Origin: Patescibacteria group bacterium
GTDB taxonomy: Bacteria; Patescibacteriota; JABMPQ01; JAQVVF01
Assembly (NCBI GenBank): GCA_028699085.1
Contig: JAQVVF010000002.1
Span: forward strand, 3,074 to 67,073
DNA length: 64,000 nt
Direction: 5' to 3'
The number at the start of each line of letters is the position of its first letter. Positions within the stretch are counted from its first letter, which is position 1. The notes below the pieces were generated by a model, which did not search any database, was not told the DNA's origin, and was given only the letters and a program-made list of their open reading frames with translations. Below, piece by piece: positions 46,718 through 56,643 of this stretch. Made by a program: the position numbers and the translations under genes.

Positions 46718-48025
46718 CTAATGCGTCGCACAACTAATACAAGGATCAAAAGCTCTGATCATCATTTTTATCTTTTTCTCTCTTTCAATATCTGATAAAT
46801 TTTTAAATTCAGACAAAAACACGCTTAAATCATCTTCTAGTTTTGCCAAAAACTGCGCAGTTGGTGTAATAATATTGCAGTTCTTAATATATCCTTTTTT
46901 ATCAGTTTCATAGTAATGGTACAAAGTACCCCTTGGCGCCTCAATTGCCGCTACTCCTTGACCAGCTTTAACTTTAAAACTAGCATTCTTTACATCCAAC
47001 CAATTAATCTTTTTTAATTCTCGCAAAAGATTCCTGATTTCTTCGACACAATGAATTAATTCAACAGCTTGAGCCAAAACATTATAAAAAGTATTGCTTG
47101 TTGGAAAATCAATATTCGCTGTTTCCAAAAATTTTGCAGCTTCCTCATTTAACAAATATTTATTGATGTTTATTCGGGCTAATGCCCCACAAAAAAATGG
47201 CTTACCATTATAATTAACTCTTTTTACTAATTCATTCCGTAATTCAATTTCTTTTATCTTTTTAACAAATTTAGAAGCTTCAATTCCTTTCATTTGCTTA
47301 CCAAATATTTTCTTTACTAAATTCTTTTTTGTTTCCCAAATTTTAATTTCACCATCATAAATCGCATACTCAGTATCATCAGATAAAGCAATAAAATTTC
47401 CTAAATTTTTAAATTTAGGATAATCAAGATCTCTAAATAATTGAGCGATTTGTTGAGCCATTTCTAAAATATCTCCAGAACCATCTAAAAATTTTTCTAA
47501 ATTTTCTTCTTCTGGCCATTTTCTAAATCCACCAACCATATTTGTTAAAGGATGCGTTATTCTTCCACCAATCACCAAGCATAAATCAGTTGCCCATTTC
47601 CGGATATCAATCGCCATCTGTGCTTCATTCGGATATCTGCCAGCCATCTTTTTTGTATCATCATAATTCAAAAAATCAGGTAAAGATAAAAAGAAAAGAT
47701 GTAAAGCATGACTATGAATTACTTGAGCTAATTCCAAAATTTTTCGAAGCATCACAACTTCAGAACTGACTCGAACATCAAAACATTTTTCCAATGCCTT
47801 TACGGCTGTTAGATGATGAACAATCGGACAAATACCACAAATTCTTGAAGTAATTGTTGGCGCTTCAGAATAATGTCTGCCTACCAATGTTCCTTCAATT
47901 AATCTCGCCCCTTCTTCCGTAATAATATGCGCTTCCGAAATTTCTCCAGCTAAAATCTTGCCTTCAAAAGAGGCATGTCCTTCCATCTTAGCTAGATGAT
48001 TAATTTTAATTATTTTTTTTGGCAT
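46718..48025 (-). CDS. [NiFe]-hydrogenase large subunit (group 3-like)
   Basis: N-terminal RICGICPIVHH and C-terminal DPCISCATH Ni-Fe ligand motifs. Confidence 0.85.
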   Translation of the reverse strand: MPKKIIKINHLAKMEGHASFEGKILAGEISEAHIITEEGARLIEGTLVGRHYSEAPTITSRICGICPIVHHLTAVKALEKCFDVRVSSEVVMLRKILELAQVIHSHALHLFFLSLPDFLNYDDTKKMAGRYPNEAQMAIDIRKWATDLCLVIGGRITHPLTNMVGGFRKWPEEENLEKFLDGSGDILEMAQQIAQLFRDLDYPKFKNLGNFIALSDDTEYAIYDGEIKIWETKKNLVKKIFGKQMKGIEASKFVKKIKEIELRNELVKRVNYNGKPFFCGALARININKYLLNEEAAKFLETANIDFPTSNTFYNVLAQAVELIHCVEEIRNLLRELKKINWLDVKNASFKVKAGQGVAAIEAPRGTLYHYYETDKKGYIKNCNIITPTAQFLAKLEDDLSVFLSEFKNLSDIEREKKIKMMIRAFDPCISCATH

Positions 48026-48060
48026 AAAATTTAAACATCATATTTCTGACAAAAATTAAA

Positions 48061-48393
48061 TTAAACTAAATTCATTCGAAATTCACATCCATAATCTTCA
48101 AAACCAAATTTCAAATACCACTGATGAACTTGCTCTCTCGATTTTCTGCTTGTCGCAATCAATTTATAACAACCTCTATCTTTAGCTTCCTTAATGACAG
48201 TTTTGACCAATTCAGTTCCTGTCCCTTTTCCTCTCTGGCTTTCTTCTACAAATACATCCTCCAATAAACCATAAGGCTCTTTATGCAAATCATTATATAT
48301 TAAATATAAATAGGCGCGGCCAACTATTTTCCCTTCATCTTCAACAATAAGTTTTACTGCTTGAGAATCTTTTACTGATAGTTTAATTTCCAT
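48061..48393 (-). CDS. GNAT family N-acetyltransferase
   Basis: Acetyl-CoA-binding motif ESQRGKGTGTELV. Confidence 0.65.
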   Translation of the reverse strand: MEIKLSVKDSQAVKLIVEDEGKIVGRAYLYLIYNDLHKEPYGLLEDVFVEESQRGKGTGTELVKTVIKEAKDRGCYKLIATSRKSREQVHQWYLKFGFEDYGCEFRMNLV

Positions 48394-48397
48394 AATA

Positions 48398-49171
48398 TTA
48401 TTCTTTACTTTTTATTATCTTATTTTTAATATTAAATATTTCTAATATCTCATTAAAATCTTTTTCCCATTTCTCATCGCCAATTATATTTTTAATCTTT
48501 TTTTCAAAATTTTCCCACTGAACTTCTTTCATTGGTCCCCGGCAAATCTGACAAGGCATTCCTGCTTTAGGGCATGGAGCATCACAACCACCAAGCGCCA
48601 TTGGACCAAAACAAGGCAATCCCATTTTTAAAAGACAAGGAGTCTGCGCTAGCTGGCATTCATAGCAAACTGGTCTTTCTATAATTCTAAAGGATAAACT
48701 ATTCAAAACAAAAGACATAAATCTAACAAATTCTCTCGGATTAATCGGACAAGTTGGGATTACACCATCAATCTTCACAATTTTCGATAATTCCAAAATA
48801 TTCGGATTAAAAACCTTTTTATTCGTCTTTGGATAAACATATTTGCAAGCTTTTTTCTTGTCAGTATGATTTCGCATCGCGTATGTTCCCCCCGTATGTG
48901 CACATCCTCCTAAAACAATTAATTTTTTAGTCCTTAATCTCAAATCAATAAGTTCATCAAAATTACTTTTCAATATCGGACTGCCTTCAACAAAAACAAT
49001 ATCGTATTTTTCAATTTCAGAATGTTCTTTTTCTTCCAACAATCTAAATTTTACTAAATCAATCTTATCAGCAATTTCCAAAAATTCATTGCCTAAATCA
49101 AGCAAACTAAAATAGCATCCTTCACAAGATGTCAAAGAAACCATTGCTACTTTTAATTTTTGTTGTTCCAT
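48398..49171 (-). CDS. [NiFe]-hydrogenase small (delta) subunit
   Basis: N-terminal LTSCEGCYFS and downstream Cys clusters of the NuoB-like fold. Confidence 0.8.
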   Translation of the reverse strand: MEQQKLKVAMVSLTSCEGCYFSLLDLGNEFLEIADKIDLVKFRLLEEKEHSEIEKYDIVFVEGSPILKSNFDELIDLRLRTKKLIVLGGCAHTGGTYAMRNHTDKKKACKYVYPKTNKKVFNPNILELSKIVKIDGVIPTCPINPREFVRFMSFVLNSLSFRIIERPVCYECQLAQTPCLLKMGLPCFGPMALGGCDAPCPKAGMPCQICRGPMKEVQWENFEKKIKNIIGDEKWEKDFNEILEIFNIKNKIIKSKE

Positions 49172-49228
49172 CTATTTAACTTAGATTAAAAATCTTTAGG
49201 CCGAAAGCTTAAAGATCAAAAATCTGAA

Positions 49229-49990
49229 TTAAATCAACTTCAATGTGCATTCTGTTGCAAAAGAATAATCAGTTAATCTGATTCTTTCAATTTCGGTTGC
49301 CATTCTACGAACATCATTCAAATGAATTAAAACCAAATCGCCGATATGAACTTTGCCTCTCAAAAAACCATAGCCACATTCTCTCTCTTTATCATCTATT
49401 TTCAAAATCAAGCTGTCATCTTTCAATTCCAAAACATCTCCACATTCTACAAAACATCTTTTTCCATAACGCACCAATTTTGGAGTCAATCGTTCATAAA
49501 TAGAAGCATGAAAACTATGATGTGGCAAAGATTCAGACCTAACTAAACTATTAAGCAACATTCTTATCATTCTTCTTTTTTCTTCAGGCAAGACAGAAAA
49601 TTCTATATTCGTAATTATCTTTTGAATATCGCTAGCTGTTGGCAATTGAAGCAAATCGTTACCAATCCAATGTGCTTGCACTACTTGAATTTCAAAAGGA
49701 TCATCAATTCTATTTTGTTGTGCAATCAACAAATAATAGAAATATGAATAAAGCTGCTTCAGGCAATTTTCAATCCATTCATCACTTTTGCCACCATTGC
49801 CACCTACAAAACTATATAATCCATCACAAAATGCTCTATCATTTGAACAGCAATTCCATGAAAATCTCGCTGCCTCAATTAATCCTTCTCTGCTCATTAC
49901 CTTTCCTCCTTTATCTTTAAATTTAAAAGAGCAACTGTTACTAATATTTAAAAGCAGTTCATCATAATCATATCTTACAATACTTTTCAA
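49229..49990 (-). CDS. Hypothetical protein; its N-terminal domain is paralogous to 50003..50509 and its C-terminal roughly 90 aa is HypC-like
   Basis: Shares AHWIGNDLL and HHSFH motifs with the neighbouring ORF. The C-terminus ...GKVHIGDLVLIHLN... resembles the HypC/HupF beta-barrel but lacks the N-terminal MC. Confidence 0.45.
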   Translation of the reverse strand: MKSIVRYDYDELLLNISNSCSFKFKDKGGKVMSREGLIEAARFSWNCCSNDRAFCDGLYSFVGGNGGKSDEWIENCLKQLYSYFYYLLIAQQNRIDDPFEIQVVQAHWIGNDLLQLPTASDIQKIITNIEFSVLPEEKRRMIRMLLNSLVRSESLPHHSFHASIYERLTPKLVRYGKRCFVECGDVLELKDDSLILKIDDKERECGYGFLRGKVHIGDLVLIHLNDVRRMATEIERIRLTDYSFATECTLKLI

Positions 49991-50002
49991 AGAATAAATA
50001 AT

Positions 50003-50509
50003 CTATTTTTTCTTTATTAAATTTTTGTTTATTCTGTTGTAATATCTTAAATTTTTCATCTGAATTTTATCCAATTTCTGAATTTTTTCTTTCCAATGAA
50101 AAGAATAATAATTTTTGCCTATCTTTCTTATACTTATCTGGCAAATTCTTTTTAATTTATCATTCAACTTAATTTTTGGGTTGAATGGTTTTGCCTGCCA
50201 AACATGATATGAATGATGCGGATAACCATTATTTTCATATTTTGCCTTTTCTAGCAAATCATTACCAATCCAATATGCTTCCAAAACCTCTTCACTCAAT
50301 GGATCAGAAATTTTGTTTGCCTTTGCGATTTGCTTACAATAAAAATAAACTGCCTTAAAATTTTTTAATATTTTTTTGATTTCCTTCTTGTTTCCTTTTC
50401 CTTTTAACGAATAATTAACAAAAATATCAGCACAGCTTTTTTTCGGCCCGCACAAACCTAGCCTGTGTGGCACTAAAGAATATCTACAAGCATCCTGTAA
50501 AGTGAACAT
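50003..50509 (-). CDS. Hypothetical protein (paralog of the N-terminal domain of 49229..49990)
   Basis: AYWIGNDLL and HHSYHVW motifs; basic C-terminus. Confidence 0.45.
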   Translation of the reverse strand: MFTLQDACRYSLVPHRLGLCGPKKSCADIFVNYSLKGKGNKKEIKKILKNFKAVYFYCKQIAKANKISDPLSEEVLEAYWIGNDLLEKAKYENNGYPHHSYHVWQAKPFNPKIKLNDKLKRICQISIRKIGKNYYSFHWKEKIQKLDKIQMKNLRYYNRINKNLIKKK

Positions 50510-50513
50510 AAAA

Positions 50514-51416
50514 TTAGCTATAATTCAAAACCAATTTATCTCTTTTTCTCTCTAAAATTATAAATACTATTACTCCCCAAAACATCAAGCTAATTCCAAT
50601 GATTTGGCTAAAACTATAAATCTTACCTTGAAATATTTCTAATAGACTAGTAATTGGCGCTCCTAAAGCTAAAATGGCTACCGCATAAATTAATGGCATA
50701 TATTTCAAGCCTGTATACCAAGTATAAACATAGCCTAATAATAAAATTGAAGTTATTAAAACAAACATTATATTGAAAAAATTCAAATCTAACAAAGCGC
50801 TTGTTTGACCAGTTATAATCCAATAACAAATTATAATCAATGATCCAAATGTCATTCTACCCCAAGCTACAATTTTTGGTGAAATCTCGCTAACCAATTT
50901 TTTAGAAATTAAGTTCTCTATTGCCCACAAAAATGTTGCGCCTAAAACCAACAAATCGCCAAAATCTAAACTAAAAACACCATTTATCTTAAACAATAGA
51001 ATTCCACCAATTAATAAAAATAACAAACCAATCAGATAATGCCATTTTAATTTTTCTTTCAAAAATATTGGCGCTAGAATTGCAATAAAAATAAATAAAA
51101 ATTTATGGATATAAGATGCCTCAGGACCAGAAGTCATACTCAATCCTTTGAAAAACATTAAAAAAGGAATACTACCTCCAATAATACCGATAATAATTAG
51201 ACTTAACCAATTTTTTCTGGATATTTTTTTTAAATCTTGCCTCTCTTTCAACATTAAAATTATACCTCCTAAACATAAAGCTACAACAATATTTTTCAAA
51301 CCAGTGAAAATATACGAATTGATTGCTTTTGCACCAAATTGATTAATAAAAATTGAAATACCAGAAATTATTGCTGTCGACAATACTAAAAAAATTCCTT
51401 TATTTTGCATAATCAC
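50514..51416 (-). CDS. EamA/DMT-family transporter
   Basis: 10 predicted TM helices in two EamA-like halves. Confidence 0.7.
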   Translation of the reverse strand: MIMQNKGIFLVLSTAIISGISIFINQFGAKAINSYIFTGLKNIVVALCLGGIILMLKERQDLKKISRKNWLSLIIIGIIGGSIPFLMFFKGLSMTSGPEASYIHKFLFIFIAILAPIFLKEKLKWHYLIGLLFLLIGGILLFKINGVFSLDFGDLLVLGATFLWAIENLISKKLVSEISPKIVAWGRMTFGSLIIICYWIITGQTSALLDLNFFNIMFVLITSILLLGYVYTWYTGLKYMPLIYAVAILALGAPITSLLEIFQGKIYSFSQIIGISLMFWGVIVFIILERKRDKLVLNYS

Positions 51417-51613
51417 TTAGTTAATTTAAAAAATTCATTTGCTTGTTGTTCTGTCATCTTTTGAACAACAAACTTATTTTGAACCAATACCCAATCGCCA
51501 ACTTTTACATTCTTTATTAACGAATTAGCAATTTTAACCTTATCTGATTTGTAATCAATTTCGAAACCTTTCTTATCAATTTTACTTACTTTTCCAGGTA
51601 TCGTTAAACACAT
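51413..51613 (-). CDS. hypC: Hydrogenase maturation factor HypC
   Basis: N-terminal MCLTIPGKV (the MCLAIP motif) and size (66 aa). Confidence 0.75.
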   Translation of the reverse strand: MCLTIPGKVSKIDKKGFEIDYKSDKVKIANSLIKNVKVGDWVLVQNKFVVQKMTEQQANEFFKLTK

Positions 51614-51674
51614 GTTAAAAAAATCAAAAACTAAAACTAAAAGTAAAAAATATTGTCGTCGTACTTTTTACTTT

Positions 51675-52514
51675 TTAAATTATATTCGGTATCCATTCAA
51701 TTTTATCCCAAGCAAATACCGGTCCATCTTTACATACATAATAAGGACCAATTGCACAATGTTCGCACACTCCTATTCCACATTCCATCCTTCTTTCAAG
51801 TGAAACAAAAATATCAGAATGGGGGATAGACAGTTTATCTAATTCCAAGATTACAAATTTCACCATTATCGGCGGACCACAAACCAAAACAACTGGTTTT
51901 TCGACCAAATCTTCATTTTTAATTAATTCAGTCACTAACCCAACATTACATTTATATTGCGAATCTTTGCACATATTATCTTCCTTATCTACCATTAGTT
52001 TCAAATCAATTTTATTATTTTCCCATTTTTCAAAATTACTACTAAACAATAGATCATCAAAAGATCTAGCTCCATAAAAAATTTGAAATTTTCCATGATA
52101 ATTTTTTCTATCAATCAAATAATCATCTATTATTGATTTAAAAGGCACAAAACCACAACCGCCTGATACTATCAATACATTTCTTTTTTTAATTATATCC
52201 ATAGGAAATCCATTTCCATAAGGACCTCTTAATCCTAATCTTTGCCCAATTTGCATTCTATTCAAAAAATTAGTTAAGTTTCCAACGGCTCGTACTGCAA
52301 TTTCAAAATTTTCTTTAATTCTTGGGCTAGTTCCAAAGGAAAAAGGCGCATCACCTAATCCTGGAATAGAAACCTTAATAAATTGTCCAGGAATAAAATT
52401 AAAATTTTCTTTATCAACATTATTTTCAAATTCCAAAACAAATCTTTTTACATCAGAAGATTCTTTAATTACTCGCTTAATTACAACTAATTTTGTTTGA
52501 TATGGATTAAGCAC
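51675..52514 (-). CDS. Hydrogenase gamma subunit (PyrK-like FAD/NAD-binding with 2Fe-2S)
   Basis: Ferredoxin-reductase fold and a C-terminal CGIGVCEHCAIGPYYVCKDGPVF cluster. Confidence 0.7.
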   Translation of the reverse strand: MLNPYQTKLVVIKRVIKESSDVKRFVLEFENNVDKENFNFIPGQFIKVSIPGLGDAPFSFGTSPRIKENFEIAVRAVGNLTNFLNRMQIGQRLGLRGPYGNGFPMDIIKKRNVLIVSGGCGFVPFKSIIDDYLIDRKNYHGKFQIFYGARSFDDLLFSSNFEKWENNKIDLKLMVDKEDNMCKDSQYKCNVGLVTELIKNEDLVEKPVVLVCGPPIMVKFVILELDKLSIPHSDIFVSLERRMECGIGVCEHCAIGPYYVCKDGPVFAWDKIEWIPNII

Positions 52515-52524
52515 AATTTTTATT

Positions 52525-53529
52525 TTAACTTTTTAACACATCTTGTAATACCTTCATAAAATCAATATCAACCGGACAAACTCTTGAACAACGACCGCAT
52601 TTTACACATCCAGGTATTTTATATTTTTCTGGAATTCTTACAAATTTATGATAAAACCAAAACCACATTCGCTGTTCAGTATTTTTTAATAATCTTGTTT
52701 TTCCAGAAATTTCTGAAAATTCATGGTACATACAAGCGTCCCAGCACCTCACTCTTTTTCCCTTACTTCTATCCAAACTTGGCTCGTCATCAATTCTAAA
52801 ACAATAACAAGTCGGACAAACTAAAGTGCATTGTCCGCATTCAATACATCTTTTTCCAATGTTCTCCCATATTTTTTTCGTATAACTTTTTTTCATTTTA
52901 TCATTAATCGCCATCATTGTTCTATCCAAACCTTCCTCTTTAATCGGTCCAACATACTCAATCTTGTCATAATTTTTATAACCAAATCCATCCAAAACTT
53001 TCATTCCCTCTTCTGATCCAACAAAAATCAAATTAGAACCATTAAAAATTTTGTCTGTCTTATCAGAATTTAACTCAAGAAAAATATCAAATTTAATATG
53101 TTCTAAAATATTTTCTTCAAATTGTTGCACATAAATTAATTCCTCAGAATAACTTTTTTTAGAAGCAATACCATATCCAATTACCAAAGTCTGCCTTTTT
53201 CTTTCTTGATAATATGGATCTTTTGCAAAAACCTGATCATATAATTCCAATGCCTTCAAATCAGATATCGTCATTCCCACAATTGCCCTTTTTTCATAAC
53301 TATAGTTTGGTTCTTTCAACTTTTGATGGTCATAATCAAACAAAGGCTCACAATCAGGTAAAAATAAATTTTTAAAGGAATAATGCGTCAATCTGCCATC
53401 TAAAACTAAATGTTCTGTTTTTTTAATCTCTCTAACAAGCAATCTATTTGCTCGATCCAAAACTGGGCCATATACTTTATGGTTTTTTTGTAAAAAATTA
53501 ATTAATTCTAAGAATTTTGTTTTGGTCAA
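52525..53529 (-). CDS. Hydrogenase beta subunit (4Fe-4S protein; sulfhydrogenase HydB / AsrA-like)
   Basis: CIECGQCTLVCPTCYCF and CVKCGRCSRVCP motifs. Confidence 0.7.
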   Translation of the reverse strand: MTKTKFLELINFLQKNHKVYGPVLDRANRLLVREIKKTEHLVLDGRLTHYSFKNLFLPDCEPLFDYDHQKLKEPNYSYEKRAIVGMTISDLKALELYDQVFAKDPYYQERKRQTLVIGYGIASKKSYSEELIYVQQFEENILEHIKFDIFLELNSDKTDKIFNGSNLIFVGSEEGMKVLDGFGYKNYDKIEYVGPIKEEGLDRTMMAINDKMKKSYTKKIWENIGKRCIECGQCTLVCPTCYCFRIDDEPSLDRSKGKRVRCWDACMYHEFSEISGKTRLLKNTEQRMWFWFYHKFVRIPEKYKIPGCVKCGRCSRVCPVDIDFMKVLQDVLKS

Positions 53530-53548
53530 TCTCTATTCCAAATTAATA

Positions 53549-54388
53549 TTATATTTTATTTTTTGATCCAAATATTTCGATCTTTTTCCTTACTACTTCT
53601 TTAATTACATCGTCTATTGGCTCCATGATATCATAAGGCTTAATCACATCTTCGTCTTCTAAAATCTCGCGCAAGGCCTTTGCAAAAGCCAATCGAAGCT
53701 CTGTATTTACATTAATCTTGCAAATTCCCATGCTAATTGCTTTTTTAATATCTTCAGAAGAAATACCTGATCCACCATGCAAAACCAATGGAATATTGAC
53801 AACCTGAAAAATTTTTTTCAATCTGTCAAAATCTAAAACTGGATTTCCTTTATTCTCGCCATGAACATTGCCAATGCCTACTGCTAAAAAATCAACGCCA
53901 GTTTTTTCAATAAACTTTTGGCATTCAATAGGATCAGCCTTCAAAATTCTAACGTTTTCATCTTTAGAAGGAGTCGGTACAAGACCAATTTCACCTTCGA
54001 CGACAACACTTCTTTCATGAGCATAATCAACAACTTGTTTCGTTAATTCAATATTTTCATCTAATGACATTTTTGAACCGTCAATCATTACTGAATTATA
54101 GCCATTATCTACAGCCCACTTACACATTTCAAAACTCTTTCCATGATCTAGATTCAAATTAATTTGCGCTTTTGATTTTTCCGCAAAAATTTTCATCGAA
54201 TCAAAAAAAATTTCCATGCCAGCATGTTTTATCTCGCCTTCAGAAGTCTGCAAAATTATTGGCGAATTCATTTCTTCCGCAGCAGCCACAATCCCTTTTG
54301 TAATTTCCAAATCAGAAGTATTAAATGCACCAACTGCATAATGATCTTCTTGTGCTTTCTTTAATAATATTTGAGATGAAACTATCAT
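53549..54388 (-). CDS. fba: Class II fructose-bisphosphate aldolase
   Basis: Start set at MIVSSQILLKK; the ORF-track extension to 54457 is hydrophobic leader read-through. YAVGAFN and LDHG motifs. Confidence 0.85.
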   Translation of the reverse strand: MIVSSQILLKKAQEDHYAVGAFNTSDLEITKGIVAAAEEMNSPIILQTSEGEIKHAGMEIFFDSMKIFAEKSKAQINLNLDHGKSFEMCKWAVDNGYNSVMIDGSKMSLDENIELTKQVVDYAHERSVVVEGEIGLVPTPSKDENVRILKADPIECQKFIEKTGVDFLAVGIGNVHGENKGNPVLDFDRLKKIFQVVNIPLVLHGGSGISSEDIKKAISMGICKINVNTELRLAFAKALREILEDEDVIKPYDIMEPIDDVIKEVVRKKIEIFGSKNKI

Positions 54389-54412
54389 AATAGTTTTAAA
54401 ATAATATTTAAT

Positions 54413-54531
54413 AACCAAGATACAAGATACAAACAAATTCCAAATTAGAATAATCAATAACCAAACTCGTCGATCGTTAGGTTTGATTATTGGATATTGA
54501 ATATTTTAATTTGTTTGTATCTTGTTTCTTG
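54413..54531. repeat. Long inverted repeat (about 22/24-bp arms, about 70-nt spacer with central CGATCG palindrome) between tpiA and fba
   Basis: CAAGATACAAGATACAAACAAATT at 54413-54437 opposes AATTTGTTTGTATCTTGTTTCTTG at 54508-54531. Confidence 0.55.
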
Positions 54532-54535
54532 ATTA

Positions 54536-55297
54536 TTAGATTTTCATAACTTGTTTCACTATTCCCACAAATTCATTTGCCTTCACACTAACTCCCCCGA
54601 CTAGAACTCCATCAATATCTTTTTCCAAAACAAAAGATGCAATATTTTGTGGGTTTACACTTCCTCCATACAAAATTCTTATTATTTCAGATTCTTTTTC
54701 TGAATAATTATTTTCCAAAATATCTCTTATTCTAGAAATTACAATTTGCGCATCAGATGGCTCTGCAGAATTAGAAGAGCCAATCGCCCAAATTGGTTCG
54801 TAAGCAATTGTCACACCTATAACATCCTTGCTTTTCACGCCTTCTAATGCCAATTCAACTTGCTGTGTTACTTTTTCCTCTGTCATTCCTTTTTCTTTTT
54901 CATCTTTTGTTTCTCCAACGCAAATTATTGGCTTCAAGCCTTTTTGTAAACATTCTAAAACTTTATCATTAACCATAGCATCTGTTTCTTTTAAATTTTT
55001 CCTTCTTTCAGAATGACCAACTATTACATAAGAACAACCTAAATCTAAAATTTGATCGCAAGAAATCTCGCCGGTATAAGCTCCATTTCCTTTCCAAAAA
55101 ACATTTTGACTTCCTAATTTTATGCTTGAAGGCAATTGATAATGCACATTTGCTAAATGGACAAAAGAAGGGCAAACCACAACCTCTGCTTTTTCCGATA
55201 GATTAGTCAAACCTTGCCGGATATCCAAAGTCAACCTTCGAGATTCTTCTAAGGTCAAATTCATTTTCCAATTTCCAACTATTAATTTATTTCGCAT
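54536..55297 (-). CDS. tpiA: Triosephosphate isomerase
   Basis: LIVGNWKMN N-terminus and the AYEPIWAIG motif. Confidence 0.9.
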   Translation of the reverse strand: MRNKLIVGNWKMNLTLEESRRLTLDIRQGLTNLSEKAEVVVCPSFVHLANVHYQLPSSIKLGSQNVFWKGNGAYTGEISCDQILDLGCSYVIVGHSERRKNLKETDAMVNDKVLECLQKGLKPIICVGETKDEKEKGMTEEKVTQQVELALEGVKSKDVIGVTIAYEPIWAIGSSNSAEPSDAQIVISRIRDILENNYSEKESEIIRILYGGSVNPQNIASFVLEKDIDGVLVGGVSVKANEFVGIVKQVMKI

Positions 55298-55300
55298 AAA

Positions 55301-55783
55301 TTAAAATATATTTTTAATTCCGAAACTTAAAAAAGTCATGATAGCAGATTCCAGAATAATTCCTAAAACAATAAATAATACTGCCTTTCTGTATCTAATT
55401 CCAAAGACGAAAGCCACTATTGCCGCAGTCCAACCTCCAAATGCAGGCAAAGGAATTGCCGCTGCTAACAGAACCGCTAACACGCCCCATTTATCAAAAT
55501 TTTTCTTATGCTTTAATTTAGTTTTTTCAAAAAGATTAGAAAAAAATCGCTCCCAAAATTTAAACTTTCTTCTCAAAAAATCAGATAATAAAACAAAAAT
55601 CGTCAATAATAATATCGCAGAAATCGAATTACCAATCGCAGCAATAATCAAAACATTCCACCAAGATAAAATATTCTGTGCAGCATAAATAGGAATAACA
55701 ATTTTTATATCACCAAATATTGAAATAAATAATGCCGTAATTTGCGGCGGAAAATTTTGAAAAAAACTTCCAATATCCAACAT
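55301..55783 (-). CDS. Small multi-TM membrane protein, unknown function
   Basis: Four predicted TM helices; no motifs. Confidence 0.45.
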   Translation of the reverse strand: MLDIGSFFQNFPPQITALFISIFGDIKIVIPIYAAQNILSWWNVLIIAAIGNSISAILLLTIFVLLSDFLRRKFKFWERFFSNLFEKTKLKHKKNFDKWGVLAVLLAAAIPLPAFGGWTAAIVAFVFGIRYRKAVLFIVLGIILESAIMTFLSFGIKNIF

Positions 55784-55788
55784 AATAA

Positions 55789-56511
55789 TTACTTTTTATT
55801 TTTGTTTATTTTATATTTTCCCGTCCATAACCACCATCTAACTTTAAATAAATCAGAAAAAACTTTTAAATATGAGCTCAATTTTACATTACTGCCAGCA
55901 GCATTAAACCAAGTAATTGGCTCTTCTTTTATTTTGTAACCGAATTTTTTTGCTAATGCCAAAACTTCGACATCAAAACCCCAGCCAACTAATTTTTGAA
56001 TTGGAAAAACATCAGCTACTACTCTTTTACTAAAAATTTTAAAACCGCATTGTGTGTCATGAATACCAGGAACAGCAACAATTTGGATTAAAACATTACC
56101 AAATTTTCCAGCCAATTCCTTATACCAAGCTTGCGGAACAGCTACTTTTGCACCTTTTATATCACGTGATCCAATCACAACATCATAATCTTCATCAAAA
56201 TATTTCCAAAAATGATCTAATTCATTAATTTTTGTTGCATTATCAGCATCCATGAAGAGACAGTAATCGCCTTGCGCCATCAGCATACCTTCCTTAATAG
56301 AATATCCTTTGCCCATGTTTTTCCGAGTCTTATTCAATTTAAAGCCTTCTGCCTTTTCCACGACATCTCTAGTTTTATCTTTACTTCCATCATCAATTAC
56401 TAAGACTTCCCAATCATAATCCTGTCTATTCAAATATTCTTTGATAGATTCTAATGTTTTAGTTATTCTTTTTTCTTCGTTATACGCCGGAATAATTACT
56501 GAAAGCTTCAT
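55789..56511 (-). CDS. Glycosyltransferase family 2 (polyprenyl-phosphate hexosyltransferase-like)
   Basis: N-terminal LSVIIPAYNEE...VLVIDDGSKD and the DxD region. Confidence 0.8.
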   Translation of the reverse strand: MKLSVIIPAYNEEKRITKTLESIKEYLNRQDYDWEVLVIDDGSKDKTRDVVEKAEGFKLNKTRKNMGKGYSIKEGMLMAQGDYCLFMDADNATKINELDHFWKYFDEDYDVVIGSRDIKGAKVAVPQAWYKELAGKFGNVLIQIVAVPGIHDTQCGFKIFSKRVVADVFPIQKLVGWGFDVEVLALAKKFGYKIKEEPITWFNAAGSNVKLSSYLKVFSDLFKVRWWLWTGKYKINKNKK

Positions 56512-56643
56512 AATATAAAAATATAAATCTAAAAATTTATTACTTTTATTATAACAAATTTTTATTTAAAAAAATAGAGGCACAATTCTATGCCTCTATC
56601 AGCATTAAATCAGCGTTAGAAATCAGCGTAAAATCAGCGCTTG

